Positions 18,497 through 27,909 of a stretch of 64,000 nt of DNA are shown here, piece after piece. The DNA comes from an uncultured Acidobacteriota bacterium. GTDB taxonomy: Bacteria; Acidobacteriota; Terriglobia; Terriglobales; Acidobacteriaceae. The position numbers were made by a program, and so were the translations under genes. The stretch's first letter is position 1; every line of letters starts with the position of its first letter. Location of the stretch: contig CAVWHT010000041.1 in NCBI GenBank assembly GCA_963754885.1, forward strand, positions 24,441-88,440, in the 5' to 3' direction. The notes beneath the pieces were generated by a model that did not search any database, was not told the DNA's origin, and saw only the letters and a list, made by a program, of their open reading frames with translations.

Positions 18497-21334
18497 TCAA
18501 TCCAAGTCTCTCCAGTTTGGCCCGATGCCCATTTCTACTTGCAGAGGCACGGCCAAGGCGTGCACTTTCTCCATGTGCTCGCGTACCAGCGGCTTCATGG
18601 TTTCGACTTCATTTTCCGGAACTTCGAAGACCAGTTCGTCGTGAACCTGCAGCGTCATTCTAGATTTCAATCCGCGCTCGCGCAGCGCGGCGTCGATACG
18701 AATCATTGCGATCTTGATTAAGTCCGCCGCCGTTCCCTGCAACGGAGTGTTGACCGCGGTACGCTCCGCGAATCCGCGCTGGTTCGCATTCTTGCTGTTG
18801 ATGTCGGGGATCGGGCGCACGCGTCCGAACAGGGTTTTCACTTTCAAATCGCGGCGCGCTTCCTCCAGAGTCCTATCGATGAAGGCGCGCACGCCGCTGT
18901 ACTTCTCGAAATACGCGCTGATGAACTGCTTGGCCTCGCCCGGCTCAATGCTAAGCTGTTGTGACAGGCCAAAGGCAGAGAGCCCGTAGACGATTCCAAA
19001 GTTCACCACCTTCGCCTGGCGACGGTGATCGGGCGTGACCATCAGCGGCGGAACGCCGAACACTTGCGAAGCGGTCAGCGTATGGATATCGTCGCCGCGG
19101 CGGTAAGCTTCGACCAGCAGCGGATCGTGCGAGAAGTGCGCCAGCAGACGTAATTCGATTTGCGAATAATCAGCGGTCAGCAGCACATGGCCCGGCTCCG
19201 CGATGAAGGCGGCGCGAATGCCGCGTCCGAGTTCGGTGCGAATCGGAATGTTCTGCAAGTTCGGATTCGCCGACGACAGCCGCCCCGTCGCCGTTCCGGT
19301 TTGCCCGAAAGTCGTATGCAAACGGCCGGTCGCCGGATTGATCAGCGCAGGCAGCGCGTCCACATACGTTGACTTCAGCTTGGTGAGTTGGCGGTAGTCG
19401 AGCACCATGCGGGCTATGGGATGGTTCTCGGCCAGTTCTTCCAGGACATCGACCGCGGTTGAAATCGTCCGCCCCTTGCCGTATTTCACTGGCTTCGGCA
19501 GATTCATGCGGTTGAACAGCACGTCGCCGAGTTGTTTGGGCGAGCCAACATTGAACTCCATGCCGGCCGCTGCATAGATTTCTCCGGCCTTCGCGGCAAT
19601 TTCGCGCTCAAGTTCTGTCGACATCTTGGAGAGCGCGGCCGTATCGATTTTGACTCCAGCCTGCTCCATGCGAGCCAGCACGGGGACCAGGGGCAAATCC
19701 ATTTCTTCATAAAGAGCAGACAGTCCGGCCTGCTCGACTTCATCGCGGAGCGCCGCCGCCAGCCTGCCCGTAATGTCGGCCGACTCGGCTAGTTCACCCG
19801 CAAGTCTCAGGTTGAAGCGACGCAGCGCCACCTCCGGCAGACTGTGGGAGGAATACGTTGGATTCAGCAGGTACGAGTACAGCGTCGTATCGTGGCGGAT
19901 ATTTTCGAGCTTGACCCCGAGCGGCGCCAGCGCGTGAATCGCGGCCTTGTAATCGTGAATGGCCTTGGTCACTTCACCGTTGGCCAGGGCGGCTCGCAGG
20001 CTTGACGCGGCCTCGGAGGAATCGAGCTTCACAGCAGTTGCGGATCCCGCCTCGGCGGAAATGGCGATGCGTCGCGTAGCCGCTGGGGGAAGCGGCGGTG
20101 CCATCGCGCCGCCCATCATCGCTCCGCCCATAAGAGAAAGCTGGCCTTCCTGCAGTTCTTCCTCTACCTCTTCAGTCCCAGGAGCCGGCTCCTCCTGTTC
20201 GACGGCCACGGCGAGCACGCCGCCCGCGGAAACGGCCTTCAGCACACGCTCCACGTCCTCGGCGGACTTTGCTTCGGAGTAGTGCGTCTCCCGGACCTCG
20301 ACCACCGGCAACAGTTCTTTGAGCAGCGAAGTAAATTCCAGTTCCGTGAAGAGCGCGCGCAACGCATCCACGTCCGGCTCTCCCACGCGCATGGAGCCGA
20401 TATCGAGTTCGACCGGAACATTGGTGTCGATCGTCGCCATGCTCTTGCTGAACAGAATCGTGTCGCGATTGTTCTGCAGGGACTCGCGGTAGGTTTTCCG
20501 TTCGACTTCGGCCGCGCGCTCTAACGCCTGCTCCACCGTGCCGAAGCGCTTGATGATCTCCACCGAGCCTTTATCACCGATTCCGGGAGCGCCGGGGATG
20601 TTGTCGATCGAGTCACCGCGCAGGGCCATCACATCGATCACGCGCTCCGGAGGCACGCCCAGAATCTCCTCCACCTTGGCCGCATCGCAGATCAGATTGT
20701 CCTTGGGCGGGTTCAGGATGTGCACTTGGTCGTTCACCAGCTGCATCATGTCTTTGTCGCTGGAAACGACATATACAGGATGCGAGGCTGCGGCGGCCTT
20801 GCGCGCGAGCGTGCCGATCACGTCGTCCGCCTCGAAGCGTTGCACTCCGATCATCGGAATGCGATACGCCTCCAGCGCGCGCCGTATGTAGGGAACCTGC
20901 TGCGCCAGATCTTCCGGCATAGCCGCGCGGTTGGCTTTGTATCCTTTGTATTCAACCTCAGTGAAGGTTTGCGTCTTGATATCGAATTTGCGGATCTTCG
21001 TTACGGCCTCGGCCTGCTCATCGCGAAAGGTGGGGCCGGCGACATCGAAGACCGCCGCCAGATATTCCGGAGAGAAATCGTCGCGCAGCTTGCGCAGCAT
21101 GTTCACAAAAACATAGATCGCAGCAGTGGGGAGGCCCGTTTTGGTCGACATGGGCCGCTGCCGCGCCATCGCGTGATAGGCGCGGAAGATGAACGACATC
21201 GTATCGATAAGATAAATGCGTCCGTGCCCGGTGGGGCGGTCGGCGGCGGACGCCGGCCGCTTAGACTTCGCCGCTTTTCCTTCGGAGGATGGCTCGGGCG
21301 GCGCGGAGGTCGACGATTTCGTGCGGGGAGACAA
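18497..21334 (-). CDS. polA: DNA polymerase I
   Basis: 945 aa. 5'-nuclease N-domain (IYLIDTMSFIFRAYHA), 3'-5' exo-like region, and a family-A polymerase core (ADYSQIELRLLAH, QVHDELVFEV). Confidence 0.97.
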   Translation of the reverse strand: MSPRTKSSTSAPPEPSSEGKAAKSKRPASAADRPTGHGRIYLIDTMSFIFRAYHAMARQRPMSTKTGLPTAAIYVFVNMLRKLRDDFSPEYLAAVFDVAGPTFRDEQAEAVTKIRKFDIKTQTFTEVEYKGYKANRAAMPEDLAQQVPYIRRALEAYRIPMIGVQRFEADDVIGTLARKAAAASHPVYVVSSDKDMMQLVNDQVHILNPPKDNLICDAAKVEEILGVPPERVIDVMALRGDSIDNIPGAPGIGDKGSVEIIKRFGTVEQALERAAEVERKTYRESLQNNRDTILFSKSMATIDTNVPVELDIGSMRVGEPDVDALRALFTELEFTSLLKELLPVVEVRETHYSEAKSAEDVERVLKAVSAGGVLAVAVEQEEPAPGTEEVEEELQEGQLSLMGGAMMGGAMAPPLPPAATRRIAISAEAGSATAVKLDSSEAASSLRAALANGEVTKAIHDYKAAIHALAPLGVKLENIRHDTTLYSYLLNPTYSSHSLPEVALRRFNLRLAGELAESADITGRLAAALRDEVEQAGLSALYEEMDLPLVPVLARMEQAGVKIDTAALSKMSTELEREIAAKAGEIYAAAGMEFNVGSPKQLGDVLFNRMNLPKPVKYGKGRTISTAVDVLEELAENHPIARMVLDYRQLTKLKSTYVDALPALINPATGRLHTTFGQTGTATGRLSSANPNLQNIPIRTELGRGIRAAFIAEPGHVLLTADYSQIELRLLAHFSHDPLLVEAYRRGDDIHTLTASQVFGVPPLMVTPDHRRQAKVVNFGIVYGLSAFGLSQQLSIEPGEAKQFISAYFEKYSGVRAFIDRTLEEARRDLKVKTLFGRVRPIPDINSKNANQRGFAERTAVNTPLQGTAADLIKIAMIRIDAALRERGLKSRMTLQVHDELVFEVPENEVETMKPLVREHMEKVHALAVPLQVEMGIGPNWRDLD

Positions 21335-21344
21335 CCCTCCTAGT

Positions 21345-22052
21345 TTAGCAGCTTGATGGCGCTAGAATTCCATCCGGAAATCGGCTTGCACGAACTTCCT
21401 TTTGGGGTCCGCGTGAGTTGTTGCGAAAGATCAGGTGGTACTTCGCGGGTCGATCCACGGTAGGGGGAAGGCTCGTGTTCACTTCTTGCGCGTGAGCGTC
21501 TTCGGCGGAAAAAGTCGCTTCGCCGGCGCGTTGTTTCAGGAAATCGGCGAACTGCTGTTCGTTTAGCACCAGGAATTCGATCTCGGCGTCAGTGTCGCTA
21601 TCTTGGCTTCCTGCCTGCCTGAAAGACGATTCGTAGGTTCCCCGCAGCCTGGGAGTCGCAGCATGCGCGGGAACTTCGAAGGCCAACTGCACGGTCGATC
21701 GCACGCGAAACGTCCGATTCAGAATTCGAACGCTGCTGCCGACTACCGATCCGCCGACGTGATCGGAGGCGACCGGGGTGGCCGGAGCGTCCTTCAGCGT
21801 CTCCACTTGAGCACCAGCTTCCGGCGCTTGCGGCGACCCTTCCTGCCGGGCCATGTAATCCGCCAGAGGTCCGGCGAACGTTACCAACTTCTGCGCTTCT
21901 TGCGCCTCGGCGTAGGTAGGCGGAGTCGATTGATCTTTTGCAGGAACCGTGGCCGGCGCGACCAGCGACACCTGACGCATATGCGTCCAGGCAAACGATG
22001 CGGCCAGAATCAGGACAAACAACGTTACCAGAGAGCTGAACAAAGTCCTCAT
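21345..22052 (-). CDS. Hypothetical membrane-anchored/secreted protein
   Basis: N-terminal TM/signal MRTLFSSLVTLFVLILAASFAW, then a P/A/Q-rich linker and a ~120 aa beta-rich domain. No family recognised. Confidence 0.55.
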   Translation of the reverse strand: MRTLFSSLVTLFVLILAASFAWTHMRQVSLVAPATVPAKDQSTPPTYAEAQEAQKLVTFAGPLADYMARQEGSPQAPEAGAQVETLKDAPATPVASDHVGGSVVGSSVRILNRTFRVRSTVQLAFEVPAHAATPRLRGTYESSFRQAGSQDSDTDAEIEFLVLNEQQFADFLKQRAGEATFSAEDAHAQEVNTSLPPTVDRPAKYHLIFRNNSRGPQKEVRASRFPDGILAPSSC

Positions 22053-22129
22053 GACTACCCTTCAGGAAAATGTTACTGACGCATGAGGCGGCCCGCTGCG
22101 GCCCGCTAGAGATCAATGAAGTCCAGGGA

Positions 22130-22705
22130 TCACTTCGGTTTTCCGTATTCGGTATTGAAATGCAGCTGGATCTCGCCGCAGGTGCCTTGGTCCGGGGAAT
22201 AGACCACGCAGGTATCGAAAGGTCGTGAATCAAAGATGCAGGCTGACCGCGCGCTGGTTGAACTCGCGCGGATTCACCACCCATGGACCGGGTCGGCGGG
22301 ATCAACCGCGCAGGGCTCGGAAATGTTCATCTCGACGGTATTCAGAGGCTCCAGACGGGAGCGGCCGCTGGCCAGGTCCTGGTGCACGAGATGAAAATTT
22401 TCCACCTGCAGGCGGCCGATGGGAACCGCCATCCAGCAATTCTGGTCGCGATGGTTGTGCACGGAACTCGACTGCCCCACTTCCCAGCAAATGGCCATCA
22501 GTTCATACAAAGGAGTGCGGTCGATGAGGTTGCGCGTGTAATGCTGACGATCCCAGGTCAGGTATGGGGCGAGGGAGTTGGCTTCGACTGGAGTCTGCTG
22601 CAGAAAACGGCGGTGGGGCTCAGTCTGGTCGAAGGCCGATGCGGGCTTCCGTCGCAATTCCTCTACGAGCGTTTGGATTGGAACGGCTTTCCTCGTGGTA
22701 AACAT
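22130..22705 (-). CDS. Cysteine-dioxygenase-like cupin, disrupted by two compensating 1-nt indels
   Basis: MFTTRKAV...SSSVHNHRDQNCWMAV...DPADPVHGW* in track ORF 22274..22771. The conserved VVNPREFNQRAVSLHL is in another frame (22280..22230). The original frame resumes with SRPFDTCVVYSPDQGTCGEIQLHFNTEYGKPK* (stop 22130..22132). Confidence 0.6.
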
Positions 22706-22792
22706 CGTGTGCTCCGGCGATCGAGTATAGGATGAGATCCTGCGTGCTGTTTGGTGCCGCTCGTACGGCAATATTCCAAGAGCAAATTCTGC

Positions 22793-23227
22793 TCAGGTTC
22801 GTAGCAGAGCGATGCCAGCATTCGTCGCAGCTCGACGCAGGCTGTCATCCAGTGTGGCTAACGGCAAGCTTTCTCGTAAGGCCAGTTCGAGATAAGCAGC
22901 GTCGTACTCACTCAGTTGTTCTTGCCGCGCAAAAGAGAGGATCTGATCGAACGCACGATCGACTCGACCCGAGTCCAGGGAGATAGGCAGTGCGGCCATT
23001 CGCTGCAGGACGGAAGTTGTTTGGGCCACGGTTATACGCTTCCGTCGTTCTCCGACAAGCAAAGCATTCGCCACTTCGAACGGCCAGATGCCGGGCGCCA
23101 GGGCTTCAGTTCCGTTTGCCAGAGAGTCGAGAATGGCTTCTGTGCCGTTCGTGCCCTCATCGGGGAAGCACCAGGCCAGCGCGACCGAAGCGTCGAGCAC
23201 AAACCGTTTAATAGCGGCGACCTTCAT
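22793..23227 (-). CDS. vapC: Type II toxin, PIN-domain VapC family
   Basis: 144 aa. FVLDASVALAW... and ...SEYDAAYLELA acidic PIN residues. Overlaps the upstream antitoxin by 20 nt. Confidence 0.9.
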   Translation of the reverse strand: MKVAAIKRFVLDASVALAWCFPDEGTNGTEAILDSLANGTEALAPGIWPFEVANALLVGERRKRITVAQTTSVLQRMAALPISLDSGRVDRAFDQILSFARQEQLSEYDAAYLELALRESLPLATLDDSLRRAATNAGIALLRT

Positions 23228-23450
23228 TGATCAGTTCCCGTAAAGTGCTCCCGCCCAGGCTCGCCCCCTGCCGGATCTCGCGGATTTCTCGAACGACCTT
23301 TTTCAAATCTTTCGCTTCAGCTTCGCCAGAAGGAACTAACTTGGCAATGGGAATTCCACGGCGTGTGATCCGGATGGTCTCCCCCTTCGATACGCGGTTC
23401 AACAATTCGTTCAAATGCGTCTTTGCCTCAAAGGCTCCTACGGTTTTCAT
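23208..23450 (-). CDS. Type II antitoxin, Phd/YefM family
   Basis: MKTVGAFEAKTHLNELLNRVSKGETIRITRRGIPIAKLVP is a typical Phd/YefM N-terminus; 80 aa. Confidence 0.85.
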   Translation of the reverse strand: MKTVGAFEAKTHLNELLNRVSKGETIRITRRGIPIAKLVPSGEAEAKDLKKVVREIREIRQGASLGGSTLRELINEGRRY

Positions 23451-23502
23451 CCTACTAGTCTATCAACTAGTTGGTTCAACCTGCAACCAGCAATGCATCG
23501 AT

Positions 23503-25131
23503 CTATCTTCCGGCTCCTAAGATCTCTCTGCTCTGGCCTTGCGCCACGGCGGGATAGGCGGCTCTCCTGCGGTTGCGCAGGTCTCGGGGCAATTCCGAAC
23601 GTAGCAGCCATAATCCTGCGGCTACGGCGGCCGCCCACGTGACCGATACCAGCCCAAGTTGCAAAAAATCCGCCACCCGGCTGCCCTGGCCAGTGGTCGC
23701 CAGCGGGATCGCCTTCGCTACTTCGAAGCTTATTGCGCCGGCTACGGCCGCCGTGAGCGCCGCTTTGCCCAGTTCATCCCAACGTAAATCTCCGAGCGCC
23801 ACCAACTTGCGGTAGTGCAGCAGTCCCGCCAGCGCGAATAGATTGATTCCAATCCCGATGTCTGAAGCCCAGGCCAGCCCCACCACTCCGAACGTATGAA
23901 ACAGGATCGAATAGATTGGCAGGGACGCCAGAGTGATGATGCTGACGGCCAACATGGGGGTGAGCGTGTCTCCGGCCGCATAGAAAGCACGCGCATAGAG
24001 TCCCTGGGCGGACCATAACACCAGCGACAGCGAGAACCAGAAAAAATAGACGGAACTGGTCTGCGCGTCGGCAAAAGAAAACTTGCCGCGGCGGTATACG
24101 AGATCGATCAGCGGAAGCGCCGCGACCATCATCCATCCTGTGGCTAGCACCGATGCAGCCGATACGCGATAAACCGAATCATTCACGGTGGCGGCAAATT
24201 CCTTCAGCTTCTTTTCGTTGAACAGGCGGGCAAAAAAAGGTAATGAAGCCTGCCCGGTCGCTTGTCCCAGCACCGCAATCGGCACAGCGAACAAGCGCTT
24301 CGCGAAAGTCAGGCGCGTGATATCGCCGACCCCGCTCGCCGCATAGTGACGCAGGATCCAATCATCGGCCGTTACCAGCGACACGCCCAGCATCAGCGGC
24401 ACAGAGAGTTTCACCCACTCCCGAAAGGCGGGATTCATCACATCGAACGAAGGTTTATAGCCTGTCCCGATGCGCGCCGCCCCGATCACGCTGGCCAGAA
24501 ACGGCCCGGCGAAGCTGCCGATCAGCGCTCCATAGGCCAGGGACTGAATCCCAAAGTGGCGTCCGCCGATCACTCCTCCCAAAATAATGAACAGGTTGTA
24601 GATCAGCGGCCCAAACGCAGGGAACAGAAAAAGCCGGTGCGAGAGCAGCACGGCCGAGACCACTCCGCCAACATAAAAGAAGATCTGCGCCGGCAGCAGA
24701 ATGCGGGTGAGGTGAACGCACAGATCCACCTTCTCCGGGGTGAATCCTTTCACAAACCAGCGGACAAACTGCGGCGCGAAAATTTCCGTGAGAATCGTGC
24801 CCACGATCATGACCGCCGTCATGACTGTGATGATGATGGAAAAAGTTTTTTGCGCGTCCTCCTCGCGCTTCTCCGCGAGAAATCGTGTGTAGATCGAAAT
24901 AAACGTGATGGAGGCCGCGCCGCCGGCGACGATGTAGTTGAGAAAATCGGGCAGGGTAAAAGCGGCGACGTAGGCGTCCGTCGATCCGCCCGCGCCATAG
25001 GCCCAGGCAATGTAGGCGTCGCGCGCGTAGCCGATGACGCGCGACAGCATCACGGCCGAGATCAGCAACATCGTTGCCGAGAATGCCGTGTGCTGGTGCG
25101 AGGGCCGGAAGAAGCGCAGCAGTTTCGTCAT
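23503..25131 (-). CDS. murJ: Lipid II flippase MurJ
   Basis: 542 aa polytopic protein; N-terminus ...MLLISAVMLSRVIGYARDAYIAWAYGAGGSTDAYVAAFTLPDFL. Confidence 0.95.
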   Translation of the reverse strand: MTKLLRFFRPSHQHTAFSATMLLISAVMLSRVIGYARDAYIAWAYGAGGSTDAYVAAFTLPDFLNYIVAGGAASITFISIYTRFLAEKREEDAQKTFSIIITVMTAVMIVGTILTEIFAPQFVRWFVKGFTPEKVDLCVHLTRILLPAQIFFYVGGVVSAVLLSHRLFLFPAFGPLIYNLFIILGGVIGGRHFGIQSLAYGALIGSFAGPFLASVIGAARIGTGYKPSFDVMNPAFREWVKLSVPLMLGVSLVTADDWILRHYAASGVGDITRLTFAKRLFAVPIAVLGQATGQASLPFFARLFNEKKLKEFAATVNDSVYRVSAASVLATGWMMVAALPLIDLVYRRGKFSFADAQTSSVYFFWFSLSLVLWSAQGLYARAFYAAGDTLTPMLAVSIITLASLPIYSILFHTFGVVGLAWASDIGIGINLFALAGLLHYRKLVALGDLRWDELGKAALTAAVAGAISFEVAKAIPLATTGQGSRVADFLQLGLVSVTWAAAVAAGLWLLRSELPRDLRNRRRAAYPAVAQGQSREILGAGR

Positions 25132-25265
25132 CGAGACCCGATCCGATGTTCAATCTTATCGGAATCTCAATGCGTCAGGCAGTTGTGCGGCGAACACTCC
25201 CTGCGTCTAGACTGATAGCAGGATCGGCTCGCCGCACTTCTGCTCTCCGAAGCAAGAATCTTGCG

Positions 25266-26207
25266 TCACTTTGCTGGAGGCGCAACATAAACCTCCTGCG
25301 CCGATATCAGATCCACATTCTGGATTTCAGTCCTGACTCTCACTCTCTGCAATCCCGGCTTCTTGGGCGGCTTGGCCAAAAACGTCAGGAAATACTGGTG
25401 GCTGAGTCGTTGCGAGAACTCCTCCAGGTAAGGTGTAAACGAAACTGGAGGCCCGCTAAACCCGATGTAATAGGCTTCGCCTCCTGTTTTGTCCGCAAGG
25501 TCGGCGAGATATAGCTGGCCCCAGTATGCCTGCCAATAGCTATGGCCGAAATGGCCCACCCCGGGCGTGTAAATCGCAGATACGAGAATGCCAGCGCGCT
25601 GAGCATTGTCGATGGCCTCATCCAGATACGGATCCAGCATATCGCCCACGCCGTAATAACGGTCGATTCCGTCCGACGCCATAAAAATCTCCCGGCGGGC
25701 CGTGGTTTCCGGCCAACGTTTGATCAGATCGGTCAGTGAGAAATAAGGACTGCCGTTAATGCCCCGCATTCCCATGGGCAGACGTATCGCCTTGGCGGCC
25801 AGGGCATGGTCGGTTGTCGGATTCTGTTCGACCTTGGCGATCCCATTCTGCATGTACGCAACCCCGACTGCGGTAGACGAGGGCTGGTCGTTGATGAACT
25901 TCTTAATGTCCTCGATTTGCGTGCCCAAGGTGCTGTTGGAACCATCGTCCAGCATCACGAACAATTCGAGAGCTGCGTGATCCCCTTGTGCCGGGACCCA
26001 ATCGATCACCTGGTCGCGATCCTTTCCCTCAAACACCATCACATCTTCGCGATTGATGACCGGCACTTCAGATCCCTTATGCGGTTCGGCTGTGACAACC
26101 AGGTGCGCGGGAACACCTGCGGGTGGAGCTTGTTGTGCCCAGGAAGTCCCTGCTGCCATCATTCCAAGTAATGCAACTGCTACTGCAGTGAAGAAACTCT
26201 TGCTCAT
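25266..26207 (-). CDS. Secreted VWA-domain protein (acidobacterial VWFA-related type)
   Basis: Signal peptide MSKSFFTAVAVALLGMMAAGTSWAQ. Core ...ELFVMLDDGSNST... and ...IFMASDGIDRY... match the VWFA-related pattern. Confidence 0.75.
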   Translation of the reverse strand: MSKSFFTAVAVALLGMMAAGTSWAQQAPPAGVPAHLVVTAEPHKGSEVPVINREDVMVFEGKDRDQVIDWVPAQGDHAALELFVMLDDGSNSTLGTQIEDIKKFINDQPSSTAVGVAYMQNGIAKVEQNPTTDHALAAKAIRLPMGMRGINGSPYFSLTDLIKRWPETTARREIFMASDGIDRYYGVGDMLDPYLDEAIDNAQRAGILVSAIYTPGVGHFGHSYWQAYWGQLYLADLADKTGGEAYYIGFSGPPVSFTPYLEEFSQRLSHQYFLTFLAKPPKKPGLQRVRVRTEIQNVDLISAQEVYVAPPAK

Positions 26208-26301
26208 CTTGCCTCCTTGCAGTGCGGCTACGGATCCATAATTCTGCTTTGGACACTGTAACGTGCACGTTCTAATTCGGTTAGATGATGCGAACTAGAG
26301 A

Positions 26302-26316
26302 TTTGGATGATCCAAA
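26302..26316. promoter_or_regulatory. Perfect 7-1-7 palindrome TTTGGAT-G-ATCCAAA upstream of aminotransferase
   Basis: Seen directly; a further half-site GATCCAAAT lies at 26379..26387, 14 nt before the GTG start at 26401. Confidence 0.35.
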
Positions 26317-26400
26317 GTGCAGAAAAGGTGAAACCTATCGCAAAATCCACCCTGAACATGGCCAGATGCTGCGCCTGAGATCCAAATGCGATAATCAGGC

Positions 26401-27768
26401 GTGAATTCTTCCACCCCAGTCCGGAACACTTCCGCCGTCTTCCACCGATCTTTCCGCAAACAGTTTCCGACAGCCGTTCGCGGCGACGGTGTCTACCTCT
26501 GGGACGATGCGGGCAAGCGATACCTCGATCTCGCCGGCTCGGCTGCGGTGAACTTCATCGGACATGGCGTGCCGGAGATCTCCGCAGCCATGGCGGAGCA
26601 GGCGGCGAAGCTCGAATTCGCGCACACCAGCCAGTTCACTACCCCGGTTGCCGAAGAGTTTGCCGAGGAACTGCTCGCCTTCGCCGGAGAACACTTCCGC
26701 GGCGGCGCCGTCTACTTCACCTCCGGCGGATCGGAATCGATTGAGACGGCGCTGAAACTCGCGCGCCAGTATCAGGTTGAGATCGGACAATCCCGCCGAT
26801 ATCAGATTCTCAGCCGCCAGCAGAGCTATCACGGCGCGACTCTGGGAGCGTTATCGGTTTCCGGGAATAAGCGCCGGCGCGAAATCTATGTGCCGATGGT
26901 GCGCGAATTTCCGCATATCGGCATGCCGTATTGCTATCGATGCGCCTTCGATTGCACCGACGGATGCCGCAACTGCGGCCAGCAATATGCCGCCGAACTC
27001 GATCCGGCCATCGCAGCGACGAACGGCGAAGCCGCCGGCTTTATCTTTGAGCCGGTCAGCGGAGCGACGCTGGGTGCAGTTGTTCCCCCGCCGGGGTATT
27101 TGCAATCCGTCGCGGAGATCTGCCGTCGCGACGAAATTCTCCTCATTGCCGACGAGGTAATGACCGGCATGGGCCGCACCGGCCGCAATTTTGCCGTTGA
27201 GCATTGGGATGTCGTGCCAGATATTCTGGTCACCGCGAAAGGGCTGTCCAGCGGATACGCTCCGCTCGGAGCCGTGATCGCCAGCAAGAAAGTTGTGGAC
27301 GCCATTGCCGCCGGTTCAGGCGCGTTCCTGCATGGCTTCACTTATAATGCGCATCCCATTTCGCTGGCCGCCGGTCGCGCGGTTTTACGTCACCTCCAAA
27401 CGAAGAAATTAGTGGAAGCCGCCGACTCCAATCGCGCCGGCACGGCAGCTGCCCATTTCAAACACCAGCTCGACAATCTGCGGAACGAGGACACTGTGGG
27501 CGATGTCCGTGGCCTCGGCCTGCTCTGGGGCGTCGAGTTTGTCGCCGACAAGAAAAGCAAGCGGCCATTTCCCTCCGACGAAAATTTTGCCGGACGCGTC
27601 GCGTCTGCTTCCCTCCAGCGCGGCCTGCTGGTCTATCCCATGCAGGGCAGCGTTGACGGCGTCTCGGGCGATCACCTTCTCCTAGCTCCCCCAGCTGTGA
27701 TCACGGAAGAACAGGCCACCTGGTCGATAGAGCAGTTAGCCGCCGCTATTCGCGAAGCGAACCAGTAG
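26401..27768 (+). CDS. Class III (omega) aminotransferase, PLP-dependent
   Basis: 455 aa. ...GDGVYLWDDAGKRYLDLAGSAAVNFIGHG... and ...LLIADEVMTGMGRTG...DILVTAKGLSSGY (PLP lysine motif). Confidence 0.9.
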   Translation: MNSSTPVRNTSAVFHRSFRKQFPTAVRGDGVYLWDDAGKRYLDLAGSAAVNFIGHGVPEISAAMAEQAAKLEFAHTSQFTTPVAEEFAEELLAFAGEHFRGGAVYFTSGGSESIETALKLARQYQVEIGQSRRYQILSRQQSYHGATLGALSVSGNKRRREIYVPMVREFPHIGMPYCYRCAFDCTDGCRNCGQQYAAELDPAIAATNGEAAGFIFEPVSGATLGAVVPPPGYLQSVAEICRRDEILLIADEVMTGMGRTGRNFAVEHWDVVPDILVTAKGLSSGYAPLGAVIASKKVVDAIAAGSGAFLHGFTYNAHPISLAAGRAVLRHLQTKKLVEAADSNRAGTAAAHFKHQLDNLRNEDTVGDVRGLGLLWGVEFVADKKSKRPFPSDENFAGRVASASLQRGLLVYPMQGSVDGVSGDHLLLAPPAVITEEQATWSIEQLAAAIREANQ

Positions 27769-27769
27769 C

Positions 27770-27809
27770 GCCGGCCTCCGGCCGGCTGTCGCGGGGGCGT
27801 CCCGCCCGC
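27770..27809 (+). terminator. REP-like GC hairpins acting as terminator after aminotransferase
   Basis: gccggcc-tcc-ggccggc (27770..27786) and gcggg...cccgc (27791..27809), followed by the T-rich ttgtttgctccatcttttt. Confidence 0.55.
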
Positions 27810-27909
27810 GCATTGTTTGCTCCATCTTTTTCCATGTCAACAAAATTGACTTGCCCCCGCTATCCCCTTCGTTTCAGCAACTTACCTGCTGACCATCGTT
27901 TGAGCGCCA

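Noticed and set aside
22274-22276. In-frame TGA in the CDO-like gene as a second selenocysteine/readthrough site
   Set aside because: The straight-through frame gives non-homologous W-stop-IRASSTSARSACIFD. The conserved VVNPREFNQRAVSLHL appears in another frame, bounded by two homopolymers, so compensating indels explain it better.
24262-25215. 317-aa + strand ORF
   Set aside because: Antisense shadow of murJ.
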